64,000 bases of DNA from NCBI GenBank assembly GCA_047495785.1, contig JBLDXI010000015.1, positions 4,402,001-4,466,000 on the forward strand, given 5' to 3'. This document shows, piece by piece, positions 13,264 to 26,500 of this stretch. Positions within the stretch are counted from its first letter, which is position 1. Every line of letters begins with the position of its first letter. The notes beneath the pieces are model-generated. The model searched no databases and was not told where the DNA came from. It was given only the letters and a program-made list of their open reading frames with translations. The DNA comes from Lepidodermella squamata (taxonomy: Eukaryota; Animalia; Gastrotricha). Both the position numbers and the translations under genes were made by a program.

Positions 13264-16200
13264 AGAAAGAAGACAATACGGTAATGGATCGGCCTAAACA
13301 ACGCTGGATGAACAGCAATTTGTATAGAGTGAAAGTGATGGCCTAAGCATATGGCCGTTGAGCATGAAATGAACAGGAGACAGAAGATAACCCCCGCCGG
13401 ACTAAGCCACGCAATAGATAAATATAATGACCGGCTCAAAGGCAAAGGACCAAACTATTAAGAAGAGGATGATCGCTACGTAATGCTTGCCGTAAATACA
13501 GCCTATGTATAAAATTTACCTTCTATCCCAAATCCCGCTTATCCAGGCGAAAATTCGAAATTATAATTTCACATAGGATAATGGACCTTTCCATCAGCAT
13601 CAAGCGTGCGTAAAAAAATTAGATTAGAGTAGGATCGTGCAAACAGTCCAAACAGAATGCGACACTTTGCAAGACCCTGCAAACAGGGAATAGCGGATCA
13701 CAGTGAACATTGAAGCATTTGGACCTGACAGCTCACAGTAGACAGTGGACCACTTAGGAGAAGAGCAAAGTAGCCATCTTCGTAGAGGAAGAAGGGTGAA
13801 ACTTTCGCGCCAGCTTCAAGAAGTTAAAAAATCTTTTGTTTACTATTTATTTTCAGCCATTTTCAACATAAAATTTTCAGCAAATTTTAATAAAACAAAT
13901 TTATGAATTTACTAAAAATATGATATGACAGATTAAAACTGCAGCTTATTTGCCGCATCCATTTTGGAGGTAATTTTCGAGTCCCGGAGGCTGCGGCGAA
14001 AGCTTCGTTTGTTGCCGGGAGTGTCTGTGCCATGTCAAAATTAGCATGTAACGTAAGAAATAAATTTCATAGAATGGCCTTGGTAATGCATGTCGCGGGC
14101 AATGAGCGTTGAGCAGCCAGTGGGCGGATTTTGAATGCAATTTTTCAATGCGCGAATCACTCCTTCGCTTATTCTTCCTTCACCCCTTGAACGCCTGAAT
14201 GCAAACTGGAACCGACCCAGCCATCGTGGAATCTTACCATCGGCGTACGCGCGCATAACGTGCTTGTGTCGTTGCTAAGCCATGGCGGAAAACACTTCAT
14301 TCGCTGTCAGTTATCACCAAATCTTCCAGCCTGCGTGTCTATCTGTCTATTCTTTGAGTGTGCACCCGAAACCATGAATAGAGGAACCTTTTGCTCGATG
14401 CTTCGAATCTAGCACAGGCACGGTTGATGATGGCGTGATGGGGGGTGGGGCGCTAGAGTCCCTATGATAAATGCTTGAAATGCTGAACGGCTTTCGGGGT
14501 GAATGAATACGGCTACCGGGGATGCGTTTTGTGCTCTGTGGCGAAGTGCTCAAGAAGATGGCATACTACTCAGCAAAGTTTACGTCGACCAGGTCAAGTC
14601 AAAAAGGTCAAGGTCATTCGCCATTTCAAGAGTCAGATATTAGAGCGCAATGATTAGACCAAATAATTCCTCTTTTCAATTACTATTTCAAGTACTATTC
14701 CGAGCAAACACTTGCGTTTTAAAACATGCAACGGTTATTTGACTAAGCCTGGTGCTCATTACTCATTGAAGCTTGTCTCCAACTGGCTGATTTGCATGAC
14801 GCTTAAGAGTCAGCACTGCAAAGTCAAGCTTCTCCAGCGGTAAATTCGTTCGGGGTACATGAATCGCATACTTTCTAAAATTGGAGCCAGCTACCACAAC
14901 GCATTTATTTACTTTTCGAAAAATAATGATGATTGGCTGCGAAATGCCACAATCTCAAGTGCCAATCTTAAGTTCAACCGCAAAGGCGCAATGGGGCACG
15001 TGATTCAAATTCCAAAACTGGATCACAAATCGTACCTGAAGGGTCATCGTGACGTTAAATCGAACTGACCAGGAAGATATAAAAATCTGACGTCAACCCT
15101 CAAGGCACGATACGAAGCTGAGAACCGGGAAGTGAAGCTCGAGGACAAGCGAGACTAGCCAGACACATTCGCGAGCTCGGAACAACTAGCAGGAGGAATA
15201 AAGGAAATATCAGACGGCTGTGCGAGATTATCAAATATCTGAGAGGCGCGAAGTGACGATTGTGGTAGAAGTTGACGATCGAACGCACCAAATGGCAGTG
15301 AGGAGTCAGCATGTGCTGAATGCGTCGGTGGCGCAACCTGTAACTTCCCGAACAACCAGACGATATTCACGATGTCCCCGGCAAAGGCTGACATTGGGAC
15401 TGTGCTTAGCTAAGCCAAGAAAAAATTAATGGCTGCAGGATTCGATGGAATCTTGATCGCGTTGATGTTGGTCGACGTCGGCACTGTGGCGGATGCGGTG
15501 GTGAGACTATTTGTAGCAACACCACCTGGTCGAAGCATGTCGAAGGAGCAACTTTTATAATTACTTTCATCATTACTGCCGAACTAGGGTGACTTGCGTA
15601 ACTGGCGAGTCTTGTCCTTCGATTCGTGCTATGCGAGAGCAACAAAAATCGATTTTTAATTAATTAGGAATTAGGGACTCCAACCGATGCGATTAGGGAT
15701 GCGATTCGATTCGCAGCGATTATAGTCAAAGGGGTCAAGTACACCGGAAAATTTTATTTTCGTTATTGCGGCCCGATCTCCCAATTGATTGTTGCAAATT
15801 TGGTGCCAGAAGATTCCCCGTATTTCAATGTACTATTCATCCCATTGGCATCAAATTTTATTGAAAAATGAATAGGTATTTCTATAGTGGTATTTCGAAA
15901 ATGTGGCTAAATTAGCCACGATTGACTGGGCCTGGATTATATACATAAACGATTGTGTAACCTGGCGAATATGCCCTAGTAATAATTATCCATGCCACGA
16001 AGAGCGACAATCTCTTGAAAAACTTGAAAACCTTTAGAATTGGGTCAAAGTTAGAATTATATTCAACTATAAATAGCAAACTTATCTTCCAGCTTCAATA
16101 ATTCTAGCCTGCTATCCCTTGTGTTATCCGTCCTCATTCGGAAGATGATGACCTTATATAATTTTATCGTACTACTGACTGAGTGAAACGAACACTTTTC

Positions 16201-16681
16201 GATTCTGCAGCCTGGGAAAATCACTTTCCAATGCATAACCTCAATTATGCTTATTGGTATCCGCGATTGCAATACTCATTGTCTATTCATCGTATATACT
16301 GTCGAGTTAGAATCTACCCAAAAACTTGAATGGGTATGGACGTTTTTAGTTGAGGATACAGGAAAAAGGCTTTCCTATGATGCATTTGAACAGTTAAAGA
16401 TTTTCTCCTCAGGGCTATTTAAGACGGAAATGTCAAGTTTTGTACTAATCCGATATCATTATATAATGGAATCAAATTGTTTATCTGTATTTTCACTGTA
16501 TCTTCATCTGCGATAGGTATTACAAAGCTTCATCAGCGCTTTCACCTGAAAACAATTTATTAAAAAATAATTACGGAACTATTAGACGTTCAGAAAATAA
16601 CTTTCGAGTGCCAACAACTAGGGGCAACGCTGACTTATATATTAACTGATCATACAAAAATAAGACGCTGTTAGGGTCTCT

Positions 16682-17809
16682 TTATCTGTTGTTCGCTTTG
16701 CCACTTGATATTTTGGCACTTTGAATTGTATTTGCTTGCTGAGCGGCCGGCAAATTAGGCGAAGGTTCCATTTTATTCACATTAATGGCAGGACGTAGCT
16801 TGAATCTTGGCGGTGGACCTGATGAACCGAAATCTTCATAATAAATGATAGCATGACGAATTTCAACACAAACCTAGCTTCGGAGGGCGTGGAAGAGCTG
16901 TTTTCTCCAACTTGAAGCGCAAATCAACCTCCATATTCTCAACGGCGCCCGATGCGCGAGTGGACAGAATGGAAGAGTTTTGCTGAGCAATTGTGGATAT
17001 TATTTCTAAAATGTGCTGTAAAAAAAATGTTCGCGTCAAAATGTCTACCATCCAATGTTGAAGAATCACCTTATACTCAGGTGAGTCAATTGCCATCCAC
17101 TCCTCCAACTTGTGGGACACAGCGTGTCTGACATCTGTCTCTTTGGAAGAAAGAATAGCCTCTTGCTGCGCAGATATTCGAGTTTTTTCATCGATTTCAG
17201 CTGATTCGATTGTTTTTAATTTTTGCTCGTATTCATATACCTCCTTTTTCAATCCATTTTTCAACGGCAGCATTTTATCCAGACCAGGAGGAGTGTTGAC
17301 GGTTAGTAAGAAGCTACGCGCCCCACTTTGCCTTTTGCCAGCCGCGCAAAAGCGATATAGATTTATGTGTTGGAGTAGATCCTTTTCCAAGTATTCAACC
17401 AATTGTGCCAACTTGATCGACGAAAAGTTTGAGGCATGTTTACGCACTGCATCAATAAATAGTTCGACATCACTGATCAAATCAGAGTGATTTCCATTAA
17501 CTATCAAGCGCTTGTACACGTCGATAGTCATCCTGATAGCATCATTCAGCTCAGCATTTGTGAAGCCAAAGTCCGCGAAATGAAGTATGAGGTTGCGAAT
17601 ACATAAAACGAAGGCTGACTCTCCCATGCTGACTTGCCAGTCTTCGCCACTAAACCCCACGACATCGTAGTTTATATCCATGCTTGAACATATATTCTGT
17701 GCCAATGAATCAGGCTGAAATTTCGGTAAGATTATTTGGGTAAATATTAGGTAAGCGCGTAACTAACGTCATAATAGCAAATTGATATCCAGTCTGGTGT
17801 TTCCTCCAT
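16682..17809 (-). CDS. C8orf74-like / CLAMP (C1a-32)-domain ciliary protein, 4 exons
   Basis: ATG 17809 (MEETPDWISICYYD) spliced to ORF 16863-17705; motif FSSIKLAQLVEYLEKDLLQHINLYRF resembles the CLAMP/C8orf74 core; last exon GPPPRFKLRP...ANNR*. Family call is from memory. Confidence 0.6.
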
Positions 17810-17912
17810 CTTAAAATAACCGTCTAGGCAATATAGAAAATCTTGAACATAAGTAATTATTTTATTATTCATCACAAGTAGCTTTGGTAGGATAAAATAC
17901 AAGATTAGCTAT

Positions 17913-20900
17913 CTAATTTGACAAGTTAGCAGGCGGTTTTATAATTTCTGCATTTTCAACCAAATCCGAAACGCCGTCAACTAGATTTAGTAAAATGTCC
18001 CTGACGCGACTGCGCGATGCTGTTTGGAGTTTATCAACGTATTTAGCGACGATAATAGCCTGGTTAGGATCAGCTGATGAAAGGTCCGATGGTGATCGTA
18101 TGATTCCAAGATCGCTGTTTCCAGTGGTTGGAGGGGAACCAGTAGCTTCGGTGTTGGTTTGAGCCACCGCCGCCTGACCACCCCTACTTGCTCCTTTGGT
18201 GGCAGAACCTCTCTGAGCTGCAGCGTGTGCCCCTGATTTAGCTCCAGCTTGACTGGGCTGACTGCGAGAAGCTGTTCCCTGTTGCGTGACACTTGAAGAC
18301 GGTCGCTGCTGAAAATAATGTGAAACAAGATTTTAATGAGATAGATTCAGTTTAATCGAGGTAAATGTGGATTGGATTCGCATGATGCGGTTAGTCTGAT
18401 CGGGGCTGAGCTCATCTTTGCATGCCATTTGAAATGCGGATATACTATTTATATGTAAAATCAGCCTACTTCATTTAGCTCATACTCAGTGTCAAGATTA
18501 TTATTTGAATCACATAATGATATTTCACTTGGTGTCTGTAATTTTCCGAAACGTATCATGGGATAAACAATATGGAGTTGAAATATGGAGCGTTAAAATC
18601 TTACGTTAAGCTGTATATCAGGTGGTGGCGGTAAGCCCAGAGCTTGTCGGAGAGCGAGCGCTTGTTCGGCAACAGAATCGGCAGCTACAGATAATAAGAT
18701 TCGCCCTGCAGTATTTTTATGATCGCATTGAGAGATTATTTCAGAAAATCCCAGCTGTGCAACATTTTCATTGAGCTGCGCTAAGAGCTGTTCAGCTGAT
18801 TCCTCGTCTATTTCTGCGGAACCAGGATCTACTTGCTGCGTTGTAACGAAATCATACAGGTTGTCAACGCTCAAATCCCATTCATCTGTCGATCCATCTG
18901 TCCCCGTATAGGGTAGCCCGTTGCGCATGGTCACAGCTGAGTTCCATAATTTCTCCATTTCCAACGTTCGCTGCCAATCAAAATTGATATTTGAATTCTG
19001 TTGGCGGAAGGCCAGGCCCTTTTGGCGGCGCCCAGGCGCGCCGATCGGGGAAGACGGTCGTGGAGGAGTTCTAACGCCATCGACCAAAGATCTCACAAGC
19101 CCTCTGCAAACTGCAAACGCTTCGCGCTGTGATAGTTCAGCTGCTAATTGAGCTCTAGCGGCGGCATGGATGTCGGGCTGGGCGGCCACACCTCTAAAAT
19201 TCACAATTATGGGTGGCATAGCTGGTGGAGTGGGTGTCAATAGCCAGCGCTCCGAGAACACACCTTCAACGGAAACAAAAACGTCAATAGTGATGAAATT
19301 ATATTTCTAACGCATTGGTTACCTGCGAGAGCTGACTTGAAAACAATCGATAGATTTAGCCTCGCGCCTGGAAGCAAAACCCCATCAGTTGCGTCAAAGT
19401 AGAAGCGTTGGGGTGGAACTGGTGGTAACGGTGGGACTTTTGATATGTCTTCGATCACTTCGTGTGGATTTGCGGCCAGAAGAGATAAAACAGGTTGAGT
19501 TGAGAGATTTCGAAACGTGTTTTCCACAGGCAAACGACGCCAAGAATAGAAGACAACAGTAGAGCCCATGTTTTGCAACTCCAGTTTGTTTTTGCTCGGT
19601 GTTCCGCCAGCCATGCATTCGAATACAAGCCTGGTCTCCAGTTCTGGCTCATCTACACTGTTTTCATAAGCCTGACTGATTTTTGGTTTTATCAATTGGT
19701 CATTAACTCGAAGAGCAGGTCCAGGCTGAGGAGTGTTAAGTAAAACGTCAGGGATATGAGCCAACACATTGGAACCAGTCCCATTCATTGTTCGGATGTT
19801 CAAATTCTCTTCTTTTTCCTGTAAATTGATTAAGGGTGGTTGTATTACTCTACACGTGAAAGTATTTGCGCTTTACTCTACTGTACTCATTGTCGGGAGC
19901 ATCGACATCAGGGACCGTACGAGACATCGGTTGCCGATGTGGTAGGACAATGAGTTCACGAATATCAGGAGTGTGGGGTTCCAAATCACCCGCTAAGCCA
20001 TGACCACGCTTCAACCTCCGGAATCTGTTTTCCAGCATTGGAGGAACCGGTGGTTCTGCGGCCGGCAATCCAAGCTCAGCACGTATAACATTGGCAACGT
20101 TCGCGCGTTCCACGGGTGCCGGATACCCTCTTTGCGCTTGTCCCGGGGTGTCAAAAATGCCTCGCTCCTCCCCTGTACACAAAAACCAACTTAAAATATT
20201 TATACAGAGACAATTTGGTCAATTGGCGATATATTTCGAAAACTCCATTGCTCATCCATTGCTGTGTAAACTTCGTACACGTGAATTATACAGCTCTTGT
20301 ACGTTTAGAGCTAATAAATTATTATGATCTCGAAATGTGGGTATAGAATAGGAATATCAAATCGAATTTAATGGTCAAATAATGAAGATCTAGAGGCTTC
20401 AAACATTTAGCTTCAAACTCCTTTCCAACGCACCGCAACGCAGTAAAAAAATATTCCTCAGATAATAACATTCAATTTTGGCAATGCAAAAGATTCGAAC
20501 CTCCAATCCATTGATTTTGACGCCAAAATTCAGCGCCCTTCCAGAAACCATGGCCCCTATTTTCAGCGTATGGAAGAAGCCTATTTATCATGTCACGTTG
20601 GAACTCCTTCTCCCGCGTTTCAACGTTCATGGCCAATTCCTCAGGTCGACGGTCCAATTTGTTCATCAAGTTTTCTTGTACAAATTGACGCTCCAGCATC
20701 CGCTTTTCATGATGAATGATGGAAGAAGACATAGCCTCGCCAGTGAAGCTGACTACCCGTCGCTTTTCAGCAGACGAAGTTTGCTGGATGAGCAACATAA
20801 ATAGGAGCGGAATAAGTAACATGCGATGCGGTGAAATATTCACAAAATCTTACCTTCTTAGAATAAACCTCAGATTTAGCAAGTTGAGAAAGTGATTCCG

Positions 20901-21288
20901 CCGCCAATTCATGAATGCGGCTTGTTTCGGGTGCAACTTTTACAACGGCAACTCGCTTTTGAGCTAACACTGTTCCTTGCTCTGACAGAGCGCCGTTTTG
21001 CGGGACGTCGGAGATGGCAGGGAGTTGTCTCCGCTTCTTAACAGCGATACTAGCCAAAGAATAGACGCAATGATCTTCGGGAATAGCCTCGGCGCTGTCC
21101 GGTAAATGCTCCCATTCGCTTTCTTTAATTCTCAGAGCTTCGAGCTGCTCGTCCCAGATAACATCTACACGCTTGGCATCATTAGGTTCAGCGGAAGCCG
21201 CAGGCGATAGCTTCTCAGGAGAATCCCCTCGTTTTTTTCTCGTTGCCGGTGCAACATTAGGAGTGGGGGCAGTAGTTTTCTTGCTCAT
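17913..21288 (-). CDS. MYCBPAP: MYCBP-associated protein (ciliary central-apparatus protein), about 6 exons
   Basis: KLDRRPEELAMN...DMINRLLP...GHGFWKGAEFW; LELQNMGSTVVFYSWRRLP; QRFYFDATDGVLLPG...VFKSALAG/VFSERWLLTPTP; last exon ...KYVDKLQ...LLNLVDGVSDLVE..SN* (stop 17913). Confidence 0.8.
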
Positions 21289-21528
21289 ATTTACTTGACT
21301 TTAAGCCTTAGTCTTCTAAATATAATGAACTTGATAATGAATTATCGATTTCTCCGAGCGGACTCGAGCTATCGCCATAAGGCGGGGATAGTAAGCTGAC
21401 GCATTATCACTTTTAAATGGCTAGCTTGGCCCCGTATCCCGTATGAGCAACCGCTCTGGTATAGTTTTACGTGGAAAGCTCTCAGGAGCCAGGGATATGG
21501 TGCGAACGCCCTGTGAGCCGGCTGAAAC

Positions 21529-21542
21529 GTTGCTATGGAAAT
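21529..21542. promoter_or_regulatory. RFX X-box upstream of MYCBPAP
   Basis: GTTGCTATGGAAAT matches the GTNRCYATRGYAAC-type X-box; about 240 bp upstream of a ciliary gene ATG. Confidence 0.65.
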
Positions 21543-21716
21543 GCAAAATATTGAAAAACCTCAATCAGAACATGATAATTTTTCCAAACATACATTCATA
21601 AAAATGTGTTTATTGAATGTTCTCGACATATTTTTTTCTTTTTCAGCCCGCGAAACATCGCTCTGGCACGTGGACAGAAGCTATATTTCGAGCGGTGAAA
21701 AAGAGCTGTTTATGCA

Positions 21717-23261
21717 ATGGATTGCTCTAAAGTTATCGTTTACACTTTGCTTGTTCCTTACTTTTTCTTCGTGTTTATTCTCTCAGCGGTTGTTTACGCA
21801 GCTTCGTTAATTTGGGCGTTTATAAGTTATTTAATAAAACAAGTGGGTCGTCTTTGTTGCGATCGAGCTCAAAACGACGATGTTCGAAGGCAAACGTTGG
21901 TTGTTCTCGGAACTGGCTGGGGCAGTTATCACCTGCTGCTGAATTTGCATAGACATAAATACAATGTTTATGTTATCAGCCCTCGGAATCATTTCCTCTT
22001 TACTCCCCTCTTATGCGGTACAACGGTTGGAACAGTCGAATCACGTTCAGTAATTGAGCCTGTTGCAATCGACTCTGGTCGCAACTTCAAATTCATACTT
22101 GGGGAAGCAACAACTGTCGATTTTCCATCTAAGAAAATATCATATCGGGAGCTTGATTCTAATTCTGTATCACAGATAAGGTATGTATAGCTAGCATACT
22201 TGTTATCATTGCTATTAGTTCTGTATTTTCAAGTTTCGATCGATTAGTTATTGGCGTGGGAGCTGTCACTAATACATGCGGCATTGATGGGGTCGCTGAA
22301 AATGCTTTGTTTCTCAAAGAAGCATCTCATGCGTCTGCTATCAGACGGAAACTAATATCAAATATCCAATCCGCTCATTCAAAAAATGCAGGCAGCGAAA
22401 CCAAAAGTCACCTCTTGAAAATAGTTATTGTTGGCGGAGGTCCAACAGGTGTTGAGTTGGCGGCTGAACTCCATGACTTCATTAATAGTGACGGCAAGCG
22501 ATTGTTTGGCAATATTCTTTCTGATTTCAAGGTTGATTAGACGTAATATTCGAATCCACCCTGTTAACTTTTCACTTGCTTTGATACAGATCACAATAAT
22601 TGAGCGCTCGGGAATTCTAGCTACCTTCAACACCAAGCTGCGATCATATGCCGAAGATTTGATTGCTAAGCGACCAACACTTCAGTTAGTACGGTCAAAA
22701 GTTATAAAAGTATTATCGGATGGCGTGGTTTTGAGCGACGGATCGATTATGCCCAGTGGTCTTACTGTTTGGACTGCGGGAATCACCCAGTGTCCATTCA
22801 CAAAATCTTTGAACTTGGAGCTGTCTGATTCTGGCAGAATCTTGGTTGATCAGCGCCTGACAGTCACAGGTGTGGATAGTTATCACGTGGTATATGCCTT
22901 GGGCGATTGCTCTCAACTGTTGAGCCATGCCTTACCTAGCACTGCCCAAGTTGCTTTCCAACAAGGAAAATATTTGGCGAGTCTTCTGAACAAATCAAAC
23001 AGCTCCGACTTCCAATCTTATGCGCAAAGGCACCCTCCGTTTGTTTTCAAACCTTTGGGAACAATGGCTTACCTGGGGAGCTATCGAGCGATTGCGGAAC
23101 TTACTGCGCTGCCTTTTACCATCAATATATCAGGTTTCTTAGGTTGCATTATTTGGAGATGCGGCTATTTGTTCCGTCTGGTTAGTTGGCGTCAACGTTT
23201 GCAAGTTCCAATTGATTGGTATAAAACTGCCATATATGGACGAGATGTTTCTACTCTATAA
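21717..23261 (+). CDS. Type II (alternative, non-proton-pumping) NADH:quinone oxidoreductase, NDE1/NDI1/NDA-like; 3 exons
   Basis: LVVLGTGWGS, SPRNHFLFTPLL, IVIVGGGPTGVELAAELHD, YALGDC, LPSTAQVAFQQGKYLA, PFVFKPLGTMAYLG, WRCGYL..SWRQRL..DW.K..YGRD; GT-AG introns near 22181-22233 and 22532-22589. Confidence 0.93.
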
Positions 23262-23560
23262 TCCTATGATAACTAACTGGAAACTAGATATCAGTATTGC
23301 TATATTTTTCATTTTACCGGTGAATTAAAACATGCCTTTGATTTTGAAATGAGTTCATCATAAAAAATACCTTATTATTTCCATAGATGCCTCTTACAAT
23401 TAGACCGAATTCTATCTACATATTTGCATTTGCCATAATTTGCCTTCTTCTTATCATTTACTTGATCTACAAAAATACAAACGTCTACCTGCTGTCTACC
23501 TACCTTCGCGCAATTACTAATTGAATCCCTGATTACGGTTTCATAGTGCTGGCTGTTACA

Positions 23561-26500
23561 ATGACAGTCGAAGATTTACCAAACGATTTTGAGCTGCCTG
23601 GCGTCGTCGGTTCATACCACCTTCAGCATACTTCGCCACTCTACTTCGACATCGCCAGTATTTCTTTCACCGCATACACCGAGAAGGACATCTTAAAACT
23701 GAGCGTGAAAGAAATTACCAGCCCTCTCTCATTTGATCGAACTAATCGGCCTTTACCTGGCGGATTGTATGACCCACTTCTGGGCCCTATCGACCAGAAT
23801 GACGTTTGCGCTTACTGCGCTCTACCGTATTCCAGCTGCCCGGGCCACTGGGGGCATATAACTTTGCCGCTTCCGGTTTACAACCCCGTATTTTTCCAGC
23901 TGTTATTGCAGGTGAGATGGTAATTGATGTGAGTTATCCTGGCTAAACTTTTATTTCCCAAAGATTCTTCGTGGATCTTGCATCGAATGCCATCGATTTC
24001 TTTTCGACCGTAGCTTCTTTGAGCTCTTCAAGCTCCAACTGGAAGCCGTAACAATGGATCGACTTGATATCTACTATGAGCTGGAACAAGTTTTCTCTTC
24101 TCTGAAAGAGAATCAAGACAAAGCTGGAGACGAATCATCAAAAGCGTACTATCCAGGTGTTACTATTGGCGAAAAGTTGCAGTCATTTTTTAATGAGCGT
24201 ATGTAATGTAATAAGTAAATGTCGATTTGTTAATTTGTCTTCGTCGTTCTGTGTTCAATATTCAGGAATAAAAACAGGAGAAAAGGGGAACAGTAGAGCA
24301 GCTGATCGAATGTTGATTGGTTATCGGCAGCAGTTGTTCAAGAATTTTGTGCGAAGGGTATTACTAAAGCACATTGCCGCTTGTCCATACTGCAAGACAC
24401 CTGTTCGCGCTTTGAAAGGCGAATCTTATTCGCGCATTTACGCTTTGCAAGTGAAAAATAAAACCGTTCTCCGAAAATTTATGGCGAATCGCTCAATGGT
24501 TCAACGGAGCAACGATATTGATGCTGTAAAGCCAGCCGTCAAGAAAGAAGCGAAAACGTATGAAGCCGAGGACGATAGCTATGATGAGAGCGATGGGGAA
24601 GAAGTTCTGGAAAAGTTTGAAAGGACCTCAGGTCCTGCGGAATTTTCGGAACAGGTCTTTATTACGGCTCTTGACGCGAAGCGAATTATTGATGGATTGT
24701 GGAATAACGACCGTGATACCCTTACCACACTGTTTCGAGTGTTGAAAGACGATTCAGTCTCTTCTCCATCTGATGTTTTCTTTATCCGCGTTCTTCCTGT
24801 CCCACCGAACAAATTCCGACCACCTGCTCGTGTCGGTAGCAATATGTATGAGAACTGGCAATCCAAAGGCTTGTCTTCAGTGCTTCGAAACCGGTCTGAC
24901 CTCAACACACTGTTACAAGGCGGAAAGTTGGAAGGTCAAAAAGAAGTTGCGTTAACAGTTGACGGCAAAAATCCTGAGAAGAATCGGATCGTTGCCGCAG
25001 TTTGGAACTCCTTGCAAACCAACGTCAATACCATCGTCGACAGTGCTCTAAACAAAGCTAACAAGAATGATGGACATAAGCAGGGTATCAAACAGCTTCT
25101 TGAGCGGAAGCAGGGTTTGTTCCGCATGCACTTGATGGGAAAACGTGTCGATTTCGCCGCCCGATCTGTCATCACGCCTGATCCCAATATCCCTGTGGAC
25201 AGCGTTGGTGTTCCCGAGGTTTTCGCAAAGAAATTGACCTTTCCCCAGCCTGTAACCAGGTTCAATTACGAATATTTGCGGAAGCTTGTGCTTAACGGCC
25301 CGGACAAGCACCCTGGCGCATCTTTCGTGATAACAGAAGATAATCAAAAAGTTGTCTTGACAAAAGACTACAATCAGCGATTGGCAATCGCTGAGACTCT
25401 GCTCTGTCACCATCCTCTTTCTGGGTTCACTCCACATCCTATGGGTCCAAAAGTTGTTCTAAGGCATTTACAAAACGGCGACGTGTTGCTTGTCAATCGA
25501 CAACCGACCCTTCATAAACCCAGTCTCCAGGCTTACAAAGCTCGAGTAATGACCGGCCAACGAACTATTCGAATGCACTACTCTTGCTGCAAAGCCTTCA
25601 ACGCCGGTATGATTTTCTTAGCCTTACTTGCCTAACCATTTGACGTGGTTATTTCCTTTAGATTTCGACGGAGACGAAATGAACTTGCACTTCCCCCAAA
25701 ACGAAGTTGCTAGAAGCGAAGCCTACAACTTGATCGGAGCGAAACATCAGTATTTGGTACCTAAAGACGGCACGCCGCTTGGGGGTCTCATTCACGACCA
25801 TGTTGTATCATCAGTGCTGTTAACCCTTCGCGATCGCTTCCTCGACTGCGCAACGTACCAGCAGCTTCTTGCGCAGGCGGTCGGAGACGGCGTTGCTAAA
25901 AAGCGCCTTCGTCTTTTACCACCTACAATTATCAAACCAACCCCGCTTTGGACCGGGAAGCAGGTGATATCTTCACTTCTTCTCACCATTACGCCGATCG
26001 CCGCTATGCCGATCTGTTTATCTGATACGGCCAAAGTTCCTGCTAGATCTTGGGTTGGCGACTTGTCTCGTGAAGACAAAAAGTTGACTGCATTGATGAA
26101 CGACAGCGACGTTGTGATCCGCCACGGCGAGCTCTTACAGGGCGTCGTCGATAAAACCAACTGCGGCTCAGTCGCTTACGGTCTCATTCACGCCTACTAC
26201 GAATTGTTCGGCGGCGACTACATGTGCGAATTACTGACGTCTTTTGGCCGTCTTTTCACGGCATTCGTCCAACGTGTTGGTTTTACCGTCGGCGTTGCCG
26301 ATCTATGTCTCGACCGAGAAGCTGAGAAGAAACGTGCGAAGATTATTCGCAAATCAAGAAATATTGGGAAACAGGTGCTTTGCGAGGCCCTCCAACTCGG
26401 CGACCCGTCCGAGGTCTCCATGGACGCTATTTCGAGTGCCGCGCTTGCCGCCCAATTCGACAGTATCGAGTTGCTAAACAGCATCGCAACCACTGGAAGT

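Noticed and set aside
15060-15640. GC-richer segment with faint gag-like translation (LKARYE)
   Set aside because: Multiple stops and no diagnostic motif.
16063-16550. Acceptor about 130 bp downstream of the C8orf74-like gene, as a possible third operon gene
   Set aside because: All following frames are closed by stops and show no similarity.
21717-23261. NDH2 as bacterial or fungal contamination
   Set aside because: It has short host-type spliceosomal introns and is contiguous with animal-type genes.
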